Below, one piece after another: positions 49,952 through 60,359 of a stretch of 64,000 nucleotides of DNA. Made by a program: the position numbers and the translations under genes. Positions within the stretch are counted from its first letter, which is position 1; each line of letters starts with the position of its first letter. This DNA is from an uncultured cyanobacterium (lineage in GTDB: Bacteria > Cyanobacteriota > Cyanobacteriia > Phormidesmidales > Phormidesmidaceae): assembly GCA_963793265.1 (NCBI GenBank), contig CAWBZI010000006.1, positions 192,001 to 256,000 of the forward strand, given 5' to 3'. Under the pieces are notes generated by a model. The model made no database searches, was not told the origin of the DNA, and saw only the letters and a list, made by a program, of their open reading frames with translations.

Positions 49952-52588
49952 ATGAAAAAACAGCGGCGCGTTCTCAGGCTTTTATTTGCAGCGCTTTTAG
50001 GCGTGCTGTTAGAGATGGGGAGTGGAAACTATCTTTCTATCGATGATGCCGCATCAGCACAAGCTGCTGTTCAACAAAGGCAATCTCAGCAGATGGAGAA
50101 GCAAGCGGTTGAGCAGCAAGCGGCACAGGCTAGACAGCTATATATTAACGGCCAGTTTTTGGAGGCGATCGCCCAATGGCAGGCGATCGCGCAAACGTAT
50201 GCCGCTCAGCAAAACACACTCGCTCAAGCCAGCGCCCTTAGCAACCTTTCACTGAGCTACCAGCAAATAGGCCAGTGGGATAGCGCGCGCGGGGCAATCG
50301 AGCAAAGCTTGGCGCTCATTCAGTCTACGACAAACAACAGTCAGTCTCAGAGTCAGCAGTGGGCTGTGCTAGCTCAAGCATTAATGACCCAAGGCAGACT
50401 AAAGATGTCTGTAGGACAACCTGAGCAGGCGCTAGCCATTTGGCAACAGGCTACCGAAGCCTATCAAAAGAACAACAATACTATCGGTCAAAGTCGCGCT
50501 CAAATCAACCAGGCACAGGCGCTAAGAGAGCTTGGATTTTACCGGCAGGCGCTTGAGAAGCTGACAACAGTTACGGCTACGATAGACCCACAGCCGCCCT
50601 CACTGGTAAAAGCGATCGCACTTCGCCGCTTAGGAGAAGCCCTGCGGCTCAACGGCCAACTGTCCGAGGCTCAAACAACTCTTTTACAAAGCCTCGTGAT
50701 CGCTATTCAGTTAGAGAGCCCATCAGAAACTAGCGCAACACTATCAAGCCTTGGACATACCGCACGGGCTATAGGAGAGAATGACGCTGCTGAGACTTTT
50801 TACGCTAGAGCGATCGCAGCGCTTGGGCCAAACGCCTCAGCCAGGCAAAGCGTACCGATTCAGCTCGCTCAGCTACAGCTATATGTCAAAACTCAAAAAT
50901 GGACATTGGCGACCGAATTATTGCCCGCAATTCAATCGCAGTTTGACGAACTACCGCTCAGTCGAAAGGCTATTTTCTACGCGATAAACTGGGCAAACAG
51001 CTCAATAAAAATTATTCAGGCTAAGGCTCACACAGACATCAGCGCCGCCGGGTCAAAACCGGTCGCTCAGCAGCTCAAGCAGACAATCGAGCAGGCCCGC
51101 AGGCTGTCGGATATAAGCGCTGAGTCCTATGCGCTAGGCACGCTCGGCCAGCTATACGAACAAAATCAGCAGTGGGGTGAAGCCCAAGTCCTTACGCAAA
51201 AGGCGCTGAGCCTGAGCCTTGCAGGCAATGACGCAGAAATTTCCTATCGGTGGCAGTGGCAGACGGGCAGATTATGGCAGCATTCCAACAATCCCAAACG
51301 CTCTATTCCTAACGCGTTAGAAGCCTATTCTCAGGCGGTAGCAACCCTGTCACAGCTAAGAGGCGACTTGAGCAAAGCGAACAACACCATGCAGTTTTCG
51401 TTTTCAGAAGATGTGGAGCCGGTCTATAGGGAGTTTGTGAGCCTGCTGGTGCAGACTGATGATCTGTCGCCTGACTATCAAAAGAATTTAGCGATCGCTC
51501 AAAACACCATCGAATCTCTCCGGCTTGCTGAACTCGACAACTACTTTCAAGAAGCCTGTATAGACGTGCAGCCGGTAGATATCAGCCAGGTCGATCCAAA
51601 GGCAGCTATTATCTATACGCTCGTTCTTGACGATCACCTTTCAGTCATCTTGAAACTACCCAATCAGCCCTTACAGCATTTTTCAACAGATGTAGGCGCA
51701 CATGAGGTCGGCAAGCTAGCCAAACAAATTAGACAGCAGCTTGTTATTCGCAGCCGCAGGCAGTATTTCGAGCCTGCCAAAAGGATGTATGACTGGCTAA
51801 TTGCCCCTGCTAGAGAGGCGATTGAGCGCAGTGGTGTAAAGACATTAGTATTCGTGCTAGACGGGCCGCTACAGAGCATTCCGATGGCTGCGCTTTATGA
51901 TGGCGATCGCTTCTTAATTGAAGACTACGCTGTGGGCCTCACGTCCGGGCTAAAGCTGATTAACCCTCAGCCCTGGCAGCGCTCAAACCTGAAGGCATTA
52001 ATCGTAGGACTCACCGAGAGCAGGCAGGGATTAGTGCCGCTTCCTTATGTAGCGCAAGAAGTTGAACAGATTAAGGCTAATGTTAGAAGCAACAATCTTC
52101 TTTTAAATCAGAACTTCACCTATAAAGCCCTGTCTCGAAAGCTTAAGTCTTCGCTATACCCTATTGTTCATATAGCAACGCACGGTAGGTTTGGATCTAC
52201 GCCAGAAGAAACGTACTTAGTCGCCTGGGATGAACGGATTAACGTGCGCGAGGTGAATCGGATGCTTCAGGCTAATTTGGGTAGCAGGCAAGGCATAGAG
52301 CTATTAGTGTTGAGCGCCTGTGAAACCGCTAGCGGCGACCAAAAGGCAGCATTAGGGTTAGCGGGCGTCGCTATTAAAGCAGGCGCGCGCAGTACGTTAG
52401 GATCGCTTTGGGCCATTCAGGATGAAGCGACTGCTGAATTTGCAGGGCAGTTTTATCAGCAGCTTGCCCAGCCAGAGGCTACCCGCGCAGGCGCACTGCG
52501 AAAGGCGCAACTGAAGCTGCTAAAAGACCCAGAATATAAGCATCCTATCTACTGGGCACCTTACGTTTTATTAGGAAGCTGGATGTGA
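49952..52588 (+). CDS. Secreted TPR-CHAT domain protein (caspase-like cysteine protease)
   Basis: N-terminal hydrophobic signal, TPR repeats, LAEL.N.F..AC, His-Cys dyad HIATHG / LVLSACETA, and HP.YWAPY.L.G.W. Confidence 0.92.
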   Translation: MKKQRRVLRLLFAALLGVLLEMGSGNYLSIDDAASAQAAVQQRQSQQMEKQAVEQQAAQARQLYINGQFLEAIAQWQAIAQTYAAQQNTLAQASALSNLSLSYQQIGQWDSARGAIEQSLALIQSTTNNSQSQSQQWAVLAQALMTQGRLKMSVGQPEQALAIWQQATEAYQKNNNTIGQSRAQINQAQALRELGFYRQALEKLTTVTATIDPQPPSLVKAIALRRLGEALRLNGQLSEAQTTLLQSLVIAIQLESPSETSATLSSLGHTARAIGENDAAETFYARAIAALGPNASARQSVPIQLAQLQLYVKTQKWTLATELLPAIQSQFDELPLSRKAIFYAINWANSSIKIIQAKAHTDISAAGSKPVAQQLKQTIEQARRLSDISAESYALGTLGQLYEQNQQWGEAQVLTQKALSLSLAGNDAEISYRWQWQTGRLWQHSNNPKRSIPNALEAYSQAVATLSQLRGDLSKANNTMQFSFSEDVEPVYREFVSLLVQTDDLSPDYQKNLAIAQNTIESLRLAELDNYFQEACIDVQPVDISQVDPKAAIIYTLVLDDHLSVILKLPNQPLQHFSTDVGAHEVGKLAKQIRQQLVIRSRRQYFEPAKRMYDWLIAPAREAIERSGVKTLVFVLDGPLQSIPMAALYDGDRFLIEDYAVGLTSGLKLINPQPWQRSNLKALIVGLTESRQGLVPLPYVAQEVEQIKANVRSNNLLLNQNFTYKALSRKLKSSLYPIVHIATHGRFGSTPEETYLVAWDERINVREVNRMLQANLGSRQGIELLVLSACETASGDQKAALGLAGVAIKAGARSTLGSLWAIQDEATAEFAGQFYQQLAQPEATRAGALRKAQLKLLKDPEYKHPIYWAPYVLLGSWM

Positions 52589-53796
52589 GGTGGCAAATTC
52601 TAAAGGGCTTTGGTCACGGCGGTGTCTGATGGGAATAGCTGGCCCCTGGCCATTGCCGACGAGAGCAGCGGTTTTTTCTAGGGCCGTTCGTAGCCGTTTG
52701 GCCGCGTAGATAGACATGTCACGGGGGACGCTAATGCGATCGCGCAAATACCGCAAACCCACATCGCTCCCACCAGGCGGCATACACACCTCTCCCGTCA
52801 TCATGCTAGTTAGGGCACACCGCAGCGCCTCATCAAACAGCGCTTGTCTAACGGATTGGCCCGCATAATATTTTGCCGATGCTTAAGCACCCGATGCAGC
52901 GCCTCAGCCTTAGAACTCTCCGGTTCAGGATAAGTCACATCCGGCATGTTCTCCCAGGGGCCTTCATCCACTCTCTTTTGATTGCCCGCCGTCTGCGGTT
53001 CGCTATTCTCGTAGCAGCCCCCCATTTGCGGCGGCAGGTCATGAGCGTGCGTATGAAAATCGCTCTGCGTGCCTCGATACGTAGAACGGCTCTCCATCGC
53101 ATCAAACCAGGCCGACAGACGAGGATTCTCTTCTCTAAGAGAATAGCCTTTGTAGTAGTACAAACTGGCGTTCATTCGCTCTACGTAGGGCGTAAAAACA
53201 ATATCTGCAATGCTGAAGTCTTCTAAAAAGTAAGGCCCTGGCGTATTGCTTAAAGCGGCCTCTACCTTAGCGACGACGGCTAAAAACTGCGCTCGATTAC
53301 TTTTCTCCTGCCCAAACCATCCGCTAGGCTGACACAGCCACCCGCACCAAGCTCGAAACAATTCTCTCTCTAGCTGCCGCATTGGCAACACTTTAGGATG
53401 CTGCATACTATAACCCAAAAGCGCTAACGGGCCAAAAGCATTCTCTAACGCCATGAGAATATCGTCGCTTTCTGTGATGACTCTTCCATCTAGCTCAAGC
53501 GCAGGCAGCATCCCAGAAGGCACCTTTTTTTTATACCAGTCTTCTTTTGTTCCATAACAGAACATCGTGACTTTTTTGATACGATAGGGAATTTGCTTTT
53601 CCTCTAGCCACAGCCATACCTTCTGGCAGTAAGGGCACCAGGCATGATTGTCTCGATAGAGCGTTACTCGCACATCTGACTCAGCTTTACCAAACAGACG
53701 CAGCCGGGCTTGGGCGTTAGTTGGGCCATTAACGGTATCAGTTTTAAAGTCGGTTAGAGCTTCTAGGTCTGACCATTCAAGCGGGGCAATAGGCAT
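52571..53796 (-). CDS. Glutathione S-transferase family protein, apparent 1-nt deletion near 52845
   Basis: [29 protein letters not shown]. The two listed ORFs join into ...[18 protein letters not shown]....[13 protein letters not shown]...AA..LR. Confidence 0.85.
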
Positions 53797-53883
53797 AGGT
53801 AACAATAGCTGCGAAATCGGGCTGCGAAATCGGGCGTTAAAGAATGCATTTCAGTATAGCGCTATGCCATAATCACAAGCTTT

Positions 53884-54864
53884 TTAGCGAGACTGAAAGA
53901 TGTTTTGAACGGCCTGTTTTGAACAAGATGACGAGGCAGTGTCTAGAGCCTGTACGTCTGCCTCACTTAATCGCCAGCCAAGCGCGCCCGTGTTTTGCTG
54001 CGCCTGACGAAGATTTTTCGCACCGGGAATAGGAATAGCGCCTTTGCAAATACACCAGTTAATAGCGACCTGAGCCATGGTCTTTGAACTGGCATCAGCG
54101 ACTTCTCTAAGGCAGCTCAACAAAGGCTGTACGCCCGGTAATAGCTGACCTAGCGCAAACCCTCGCAACCCCTTGGGTAAGTCTTCTTTAGTCGCATACT
54201 TGCCGGTGAGTAAGCCAAGCGCTAGCGGACTGTAGGCAATCAGTCGAATGTCTAGTTCGTCGCAAACGTCTTTAAGACCCAGTTCGGTGACAGGATAGGT
54301 AGAGAGCAAAGAGTATTGAACCTGAAGCGTTTGAATTTTGATACCTTGGGCAGATAGACGCTTGTGAGCTAGGCGCAGGCGCTTGGGGCCAAAGTTAGAG
54401 AGCCCAACGCCTTGAGCAACGCCCTGCTGACACAGCTCAGCTAGGCCGTCGAGAATGGGGCCCTCCTGCCAGGGGAGATAGTTTGCAGTAGACCAGTGCA
54501 TTTGCACCAAATCTAAATGTCCCAAACGCTGGGCGGACGCTTTACCTGCCGAAACGATGGACTGCTTGGTCAGCCGCCAGGGATAGGGAGCAAGCTTGGT
54601 CGCCAGGCAAATCTGGTCTTTATTTTGACCGTTGTAAGCAGTGTTGAAGCGGCCTAGCAACTTTTCACTTTGACCGCTGAGCTTGCCCGTACCGTAAGAG
54701 TCGCCAGTATCAAACAGCGTGACGCCACGGCTAACGCAGTGGTCAAACACCGCGTTCAGCGCCGAGTCCATGCTTTCTTGGTAGTCCCATAAAAGGCGGT
54801 TGCCCCAGGCCCAGGTGCCGCAGCCCATCTCAGGCAACTTAAGGATAGAAGAGGTAGGCTGCAT
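53884..54864 (-). CDS. Aldo/keto reductase
   Basis: MG.GTWAWG, FDTGDSYG, ATKL, L.Q.HW, GLSN, QVQYSLL, AYSPL..G.LTGKY, PIPGAK. Confidence 0.92.
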   Translation of the reverse strand: MQPTSSILKLPEMGCGTWAWGNRLLWDYQESMDSALNAVFDHCVSRGVTLFDTGDSYGTGKLSGQSEKLLGRFNTAYNGQNKDQICLATKLAPYPWRLTKQSIVSAGKASAQRLGHLDLVQMHWSTANYLPWQEGPILDGLAELCQQGVAQGVGLSNFGPKRLRLAHKRLSAQGIKIQTLQVQYSLLSTYPVTELGLKDVCDELDIRLIAYSPLALGLLTGKYATKEDLPKGLRGFALGQLLPGVQPLLSCLREVADASSKTMAQVAINWCICKGAIPIPGAKNLRQAQQNTGALGWRLSEADVQALDTASSSCSKQAVQNIFQSR

Positions 54865-54928
54865 GAATGAAGAAGCGCCGCTGAATGATGTAGCTATCTT
54901 CTCATATCGCACTGGGAATAAGAAAGGC

Positions 54929-54970
54929 AAAAAAAAGGTAAGGAAGCTGTGTAGAGACTTCCTTACCTTT
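54929..54970 (-). terminator. Terminator downstream of the small secreted protein gene
   Basis: 13-bp stem AAAGGTAAGGAAG/CTTCCTTACCTTT with an A-run on the + strand. Confidence 0.75.
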
Positions 54971-55056
54971 GGTGGTTCACGCTAACGCTGTTTTGTTTGT
55001 ATAGCTATGCTTGAATTTGGCTGTGAATGTTTTTTAGGTTGCTTGATGGGCTATGG

Positions 55057-55425
55057 CTAAAAGCCATAGTCAGAGGTGATAGAAACTGAACAGCCCGCAG
55101 CGCTCAGACAAGAGGGCATCGCAACTTTTACAACAAATGTGCCTTCGTAAGGCGCAGTCACGATGGGGAAAGAGTCGATTTGCTCGTCAGCAGCTACAAG
55201 CCTGCCGGTATCGTCATACAAGAACAAATCAAGATCTTGACAGTCTTCATTGCAAGTTGCATAAACATCTTCGCCTTGCAACAAATAGCCCGTCATGGTT
55301 GCAGATTCACTATTTCGCAGCCAGCTTGTGCGATCTTGGGCAACAGCAGCGCTGCTCATACTTGCCAGAGTCATTGCAGCAACAGCAGCACTAGCAACAG
55401 TTCGGAATTTAGCAGTTAAATACAT
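55057..55425 (-). CDS. Small secreted protein, PPC-like beta-sandwich with two Cys pairs
   Basis: Signal peptide AVA|Q; C.EDC.DLDL.LYD..G...A.D...D..P.V...G...V.V.M..C....C. Confidence 0.7.
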   Translation of the reverse strand: MYLTAKFRTVASAAVAAMTLASMSSAAVAQDRTSWLRNSESATMTGYLLQGEDVYATCNEDCQDLDLFLYDDTGRLVAADEQIDSFPIVTAPYEGTFVVKVAMPSCLSAAGCSVSITSDYGF

Positions 55426-55856
55426 ATAACAATCTTCTTGAATACAAATATGGCAATAATGATATTGGCCTTAGAGCGACCTGAGAAATAGCGCTCAAGA
55501 GCAAGGGCTTCTTCGGTCGCGCAGACTTAATCGTCTGAACCCAGAATTGACTAGACGGTGCAAAAGTTAACAAGGCGATCGCACACAGCTGGCGCACAAT
55601 CTCTTTAATTCAGCACGCACGTAAAAGAATGCACCTAGGCAAAAACAAAAACAGTGAAATGAATTGATACTGGCATATCGTTTTTGGAGACAGACTTTGA
55701 GAGACGATTGAATGACAGGTAGGCCCCACTGTTCTCTCTTACCCAGTAACAAATGTTGTTCTGGCAACAGAGTATGAAGTTTTTATGAATATGAAACCTA
55801 CCATAGTTGTTCTATTGTCAGTATATTTATCATAAATAGTGCCCTAGCCTCGATAT

Positions 55857-56168
55857 CTAACGACGAGGCTGACATACGCCATGCAAACCAATTGCGGCCA
55901 ATATGGCGCTTAGCAAGGCCCAAATGCCGTCGGCCATAAGATTAATTCGATGAATGTTTTGCTGGGCTTCAGCGACAAAAAGCGCCTCTAAGGTAGACGA
56001 CTGCTGGATTACTGCTGTGAAGTAGTCATAATCTTTCTGTAGCTGATCCCAATCTTGCAGAGCGTAATAGCCGAAAACAATGACGCCGATAACACCGGGC
56101 ACCGTAGTGAGCAGTAAAAGTAGCGCCGCTGAAATGAAAGATCGAAAAGAAGAAGCTGAATTTTTCAC
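55857..56168 (-). CDS. Small two-transmembrane hypothetical protein
   Basis: Two hydrophobic helices flanking DW..L...Q..HRIN..A.G.W.L. Confidence 0.65.
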   Translation of the reverse strand: MKNSASSFRSFISAALLLLLTTVPGVIGVIVFGYYALQDWDQLQKDYDYFTAVIQQSSTLEALFVAEAQQNIHRINLMADGIWALLSAILAAIGLHGVCQPRR

Positions 56169-56400
56169 GCTGTTATTTGCAGTAGTTGAGATTTTTTAAG
56201 GAGCTTAAGCAGATGGTCTTGAGCTGTATCGATATTAAAGGTACTTCGTTTTGCGACTGTTAAACCGGAGGACTGGTTACCGTATACAAGTTGCCTTGAA
56301 AGTCGCCTAAATATGTCTAATATATGGGAGGTGTCTGAAGCGTTACTGTTTGAGACATCATTCAGGGTTCTATCCGAGCTGAGAACACGGGCTAAACATC

Positions 56401-57874
56401 ATGGGTGATCATCCATCAACTGACACATCTGGCAGTGAAAAGGCATCTGAGCAAGCAGCAGAGAAGACAAGTGAGGAAATGTCTGAGCAGGCAGTCGAAA
56501 AGCTGGCCGGAGACACTCGCTGATAAAGCTAACCGAAAATCTGCTTGGAAAGGGGCGATCGCACGTTCAATTAGCGTATGGCAAAGTGCCCAGGAAAAAA
56601 TTTCCACTCAGCTTACCGATCGAATACCCACAAAATGGCTACCCACCGATTCTATACAGCTTCGCCAGGTGTATGCAGATGCTCAAAAAAGTGTGCAGAG
56701 CAATGTGCAAAGCAACACCCAAAATATTCTCAAAGCGTTCAGCGTTGACGATCAAAAAATTGTCGAGATTTTGCAGCAGGTACGCGCTGAGCTGCCCACA
56801 ACCGAAGCCCTTTTAATCGGCAAGCCGCAGGCAGGCAAAAGCTCAATCGTCAGAGGCTTAACAGGCGTATCTGCTGAAATCGTGGGTCAGGGATTTCGCC
56901 CGCACACGCAAAACACAGCCCGCTACGCCTATCCGTCTGAAGAGCTGCCGCTGCTGATTTTTACAGACACCGTTGGCTTAGGCGATATCACCCGAGAAAC
57001 CAGCGGCATTGTGCAAGAGCTAACTGACGAACTAAAGCCAGACAGCCGCGCCCAAATCCTGATCCTCACGGTAAAAATCAACGACTTCGCCGTCGATCGG
57101 CTCCGTCAGATTGTGCAGCAGCTTAGAAGCACCTACCCAGACTTGCCCTGCCTACTAGCGGTGACCTGCCTGCACGAAATCTATCCGCCTGAGTGGGAGA
57201 ATCATCCCAGCTATCCCCCTAAGCAGCCGGATCTACACAGAGCGTTTGAGGCTATCAAAGAAGCCTTTGCTGGCTGCTTCGACCGAGCGGTTTTACTAGA
57301 CTTTACGCTTGAAGAAGATGGCTTCGATCCTATTTTCTATGGGCAGACCGCACTGCGAGATACCCTAGCAGAGCTATTGCCTGAAGCTGAATCTAGCGCC
57401 ATCTACCAGCTCATAGACGATCAGGAAATGGCGAGCGCTCAGCTTGGCGATCTGTATCGAGACGTGGGCCGCCGGTATATTTCGGCCTTCTCGGTGATCG
57501 CAGCGACCCTAGCAGCGGTGCCGCTACCCTTTGCAACGATGCCGGTACTCACAGCGCTGCAAATTTCGATGGTGGGCGTGCTAGGTCAGCTATACGGGCA
57601 AAGGCTGACGCCTTCTCAGGCGGGCGGGGTGGTGAGTGCGATCGCGGGCGGTTTTTTTGCGCAAGCAATCGGGCGAGAGCTGATTAAGTTTGTGCCTGGC
57701 TTTGGAAGCGTTGTAGCGGCCTCGTGGGCGGCGGGCTATACCTGGGCGCTAGGGGAAGGAGCCTGCGCTTATTTTGGTGATTTGATGGGCGGGAAAAAAC
57801 CTGACCCTGAGAAAATTAAGCAGGTGATGGCTGAAGCGTTTGAATCGGCAAAAGAACGATTTCGTAATAGCTGA
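56401..57874 (+). CDS. YcjF/DUF697-domain GTPase (possible +1 frameshift near 56517)
   Basis: G1 GKPQAGKSS, G3 DTVG and a C-terminal DUF697-like segment (AVPLPFA..PVL..LQ..MV..L..LYG...KF.PG.G..AA). The ATG 56401 frame gives an acidic leader that stops at 56521. Confidence 0.8.
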
Positions 57875-57903
57875 GGATTGGATAGTCATAGGATTGCTGC
57901 ATT

Positions 57904-57930
57904 GGAGGGCATACGATCTTATGCCCCTAC
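57904..57930. repeat. REP-like palindrome (copy 2)
   Basis: GGAGGGCATA-CGATCT-TATGCCCCTAC, matching the reverse complement of the core at 24945-24989. Confidence 0.55.
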
Positions 57931-58420
57931 AGTTTTTTGTTTTTTCAAATAGGCTTCTCGTTTTGAGACGTTTTAGCAGCTGAGAGCGAATTTTAAAGCA
58001 TTTATAAAGAGATTTCTGGACATAGCTTAGAGAAGCTTTCTCAGTAGTGCTTAATTAACAAAACCGCCTAGTTATCTGCATAGTAGGCACCAATAGCAGC
58101 ACTAAGATGTCCGCTATGGAGCACTGCTAACCCTTGAGAAATCAGAACCATATCAACACAACTACTATTTATATAGCCGAATGTGAAGGTTCTGTGAATG
58201 TCTAAACAACCCCATAGCTATGACAGATCTGCCCGCTAAGCTTTACTAAATCAGCTGCGCTCAAGTCAATGCCTGCATACCTTTACGGCCTCTTAGCATT
58301 GATTACTTTATTTAATATCAAAACTTTCTCATAAGAAACGCGTAGGCAAGCTCTTGAAGCCCTCTTTTGATGGACTTTACTTAGGCGAGCTTTTTAGTCC
58401 TCAGGTTTCTTCTTCATTTT

Positions 58421-58891
58421 ATGACTTTACCAAACTCACTAAAAGCTACCGTCCGTAATAGGGCATCAGTCGCCACGAGACATCCGCTTGAGCGATCGCA
58501 CCTCAACAACATACTCAATCGATTCAACCCGACCGAGATTGAATTTCCGCCTGAAACTAGCGGCGTTTATACCGATTTAGCGATTGCTGAATACAAGCTG
58601 CGAATGTACGCGCTGGCGTGGACAGCGATAGAGGCAATAGTAGGGCCAAGCCTGAGCGTGTTTTTAATTTTGGAGCCGATTGAGGGCAGCTATCTGCCGA
58701 TGGATACTCGGCTGACGGTGAAAGAAAATAATTTACTGGTTGATGAACCTAACCTGCGCTGGACAAATCATCCGACATATCTGTATACGCAGGTATTCGG
58801 CGCACGAGAAGAGGAGTTTACGGTCGAGATTTTGCTGCCTAACGCACATCCCTATGAGCTGCCCTCGTTGATGTTTACTCAGCACAAATGA
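58421..58891 (+). CDS. Stand-alone DUF1822 C-terminal-like domain protein
   Basis: LR.YA..W, L.V.LIL....G..LP....L.V, YLY.QV.G...E.F.V.I.L...LP...F pattern. Confidence 0.55.
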   Translation: MTLPNSLKATVRNRASVATRHPLERSHLNNILNRFNPTEIEFPPETSGVYTDLAIAEYKLRMYALAWTAIEAIVGPSLSVFLILEPIEGSYLPMDTRLTVKENNLLVDEPNLRWTNHPTYLYTQVFGAREEEFTVEILLPNAHPYELPSLMFTQHK

Positions 58892-58944
58892 ATAGATTGA
58901 ATCGATAGAATAGAGCCTGAACGTTCAAGAGCGCCACAGGATCT

Positions 58945-59841
58945 ATGACCACATCCGTCGAATCATCTACGCTTTCACCAATCGAACAGCGGCTAGAGCC
59001 ACATATCCAAGATCTTGGCGGCTTTAAGGCACGACGCGCGCTGCCCCAAGACGACCGCACGCTTGTCGGCCCGTTTATCTTTTTTGATCATCTAGGGCCT
59101 GCCACGTTTCCGCCTGGTAAAGGCGTAGATGTCAGGCCGCATCCTCACATCAATTTGGCGACGGTGACCTACCTTTTTGAAGGGTCGCTGATGCATCGCG
59201 ACAGCCTGGGCACGGTGCAAGAAATCCGGCCTGGCGCAGTGAACTGGATGACGGCAGGCAAGGGGATTTCGCACTCTGAGCGATCGCCCGAAAGCACCCG
59301 CGATCAAACCGTCACGCTCCACGCCATTCAAACCTGGGTAGCCCTGCCTGAGTCTGACGAAGAGGTAGACCCCTCTTTTTATCACTACGCCTCAGACGAG
59401 ATGCCGCAGTGGCAAGAAAATGGAGCTACCGTCAAGCTGATTGCTGGTAAAGCTAACGGTCATCGTTCGCCTGTGCAGGTTTATTCGCCAACGTTGTATT
59501 TAGACGTGCAGCTAGAAGCAGGTGGCGCGTTTGAGGTCGCCGCAGACTATAGCGAACGCGCAATTTATAGCGTCACGGCTGGATTAAGCGTGGCGGGTGA
59601 GGCTTTGGAGCAGCATCGATTGGCGGTGCTGAGGGCAGGAGAGGCCGTCACTATTGAGGCGAGTGCGGCAGCGCGGTGCGTTGTGATTGGAGGAGAGCCA
59701 GTGGGCGATCGCATTAAATGGTGGAATTTTGTCTCTAGTCGGCCCGAGCGAATTGAGCAGGCGAAAAGAGACTGGCGCAGTAAAGAATTTGTACAAGTAC
59801 CTGATGATGATGAGTTTATTCCTTTGCCAGAGATCCTGTAG
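58945..59841 (+). CDS. Pirin family protein
   Basis: VGPFIFFDH.GP, PHPHI.LATVTYLFEG...HRDSLG, VNWMTAG.GI.HSE, Q.W.ALP, WWNFVSS. Confidence 0.95.
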   Translation: MTTSVESSTLSPIEQRLEPHIQDLGGFKARRALPQDDRTLVGPFIFFDHLGPATFPPGKGVDVRPHPHINLATVTYLFEGSLMHRDSLGTVQEIRPGAVNWMTAGKGISHSERSPESTRDQTVTLHAIQTWVALPESDEEVDPSFYHYASDEMPQWQENGATVKLIAGKANGHRSPVQVYSPTLYLDVQLEAGGAFEVAADYSERAIYSVTAGLSVAGEALEQHRLAVLRAGEAVTIEASAAARCVVIGGEPVGDRIKWWNFVSSRPERIEQAKRDWRSKEFVQVPDDDEFIPLPEIL

Positions 59842-60359
59842 GTAGAAGATAGGCATCAGGTATAGAAACGTAGCCTAAGCGATTTAGCTTAAGCTACTTA
59901 GCGTATGCAGCAGTAAAGTAAAGACACCTTTAGGCCGTTGTTGCTAATAACTAACCGTATATATAGGCCATAGCATCAGCTAACACGCTTATATGTACGG
60001 TTTTGCACTGTCTTAATTGCTGATATCAGGCGATCGCAACAATACTTCATTAAACATTATCTCAAGTTTTCCGGGTGTAGAAAGCAGCTTTTTATACCTT
60101 AGCAATATGAATTGCACGTGAGAAATCTCTAGAGATATCAACATCTTTGCAGCGGGATCATTCCCCTGACGCTCCCTACTTAAGTAGTCATCAGCAATAG
60201 GTACGTATCAAAAATATTAATTAGAGTGTGAATTTACTGTTTCAAACAGATCTTTTATTACTAGCCACTCCTATTATCAAGACCTAATTCTACGTAGATA
60301 TGGCAAAAAATTGCCGTATGTAGGAGATATCTGGTGTACCTACCTCTTGAAGATTCACT

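Noticed and set aside
53884..54930. Aldo/keto reductase start at TTG 54930
   Set aside because: It overlaps the upstream gene's terminator U-tract; ATG 54864 fits the family start better.
56326..56400. TPP riboswitch, suggested by GGTGTC...GCTGAGA
   Set aside because: No ACCC/GAACCTGA/AGCGTAGG elements follow, and the downstream gene is unrelated to thiamine.
60298..60319. c-di-GMP-I riboswitch before the giant lectin gene (GGCAAA)
   Set aside because: Only a simple ATATGGCAA/TTGCCGTAT hairpin is present, with no GNRA tetraloop/receptor or GCAAAG second stem.
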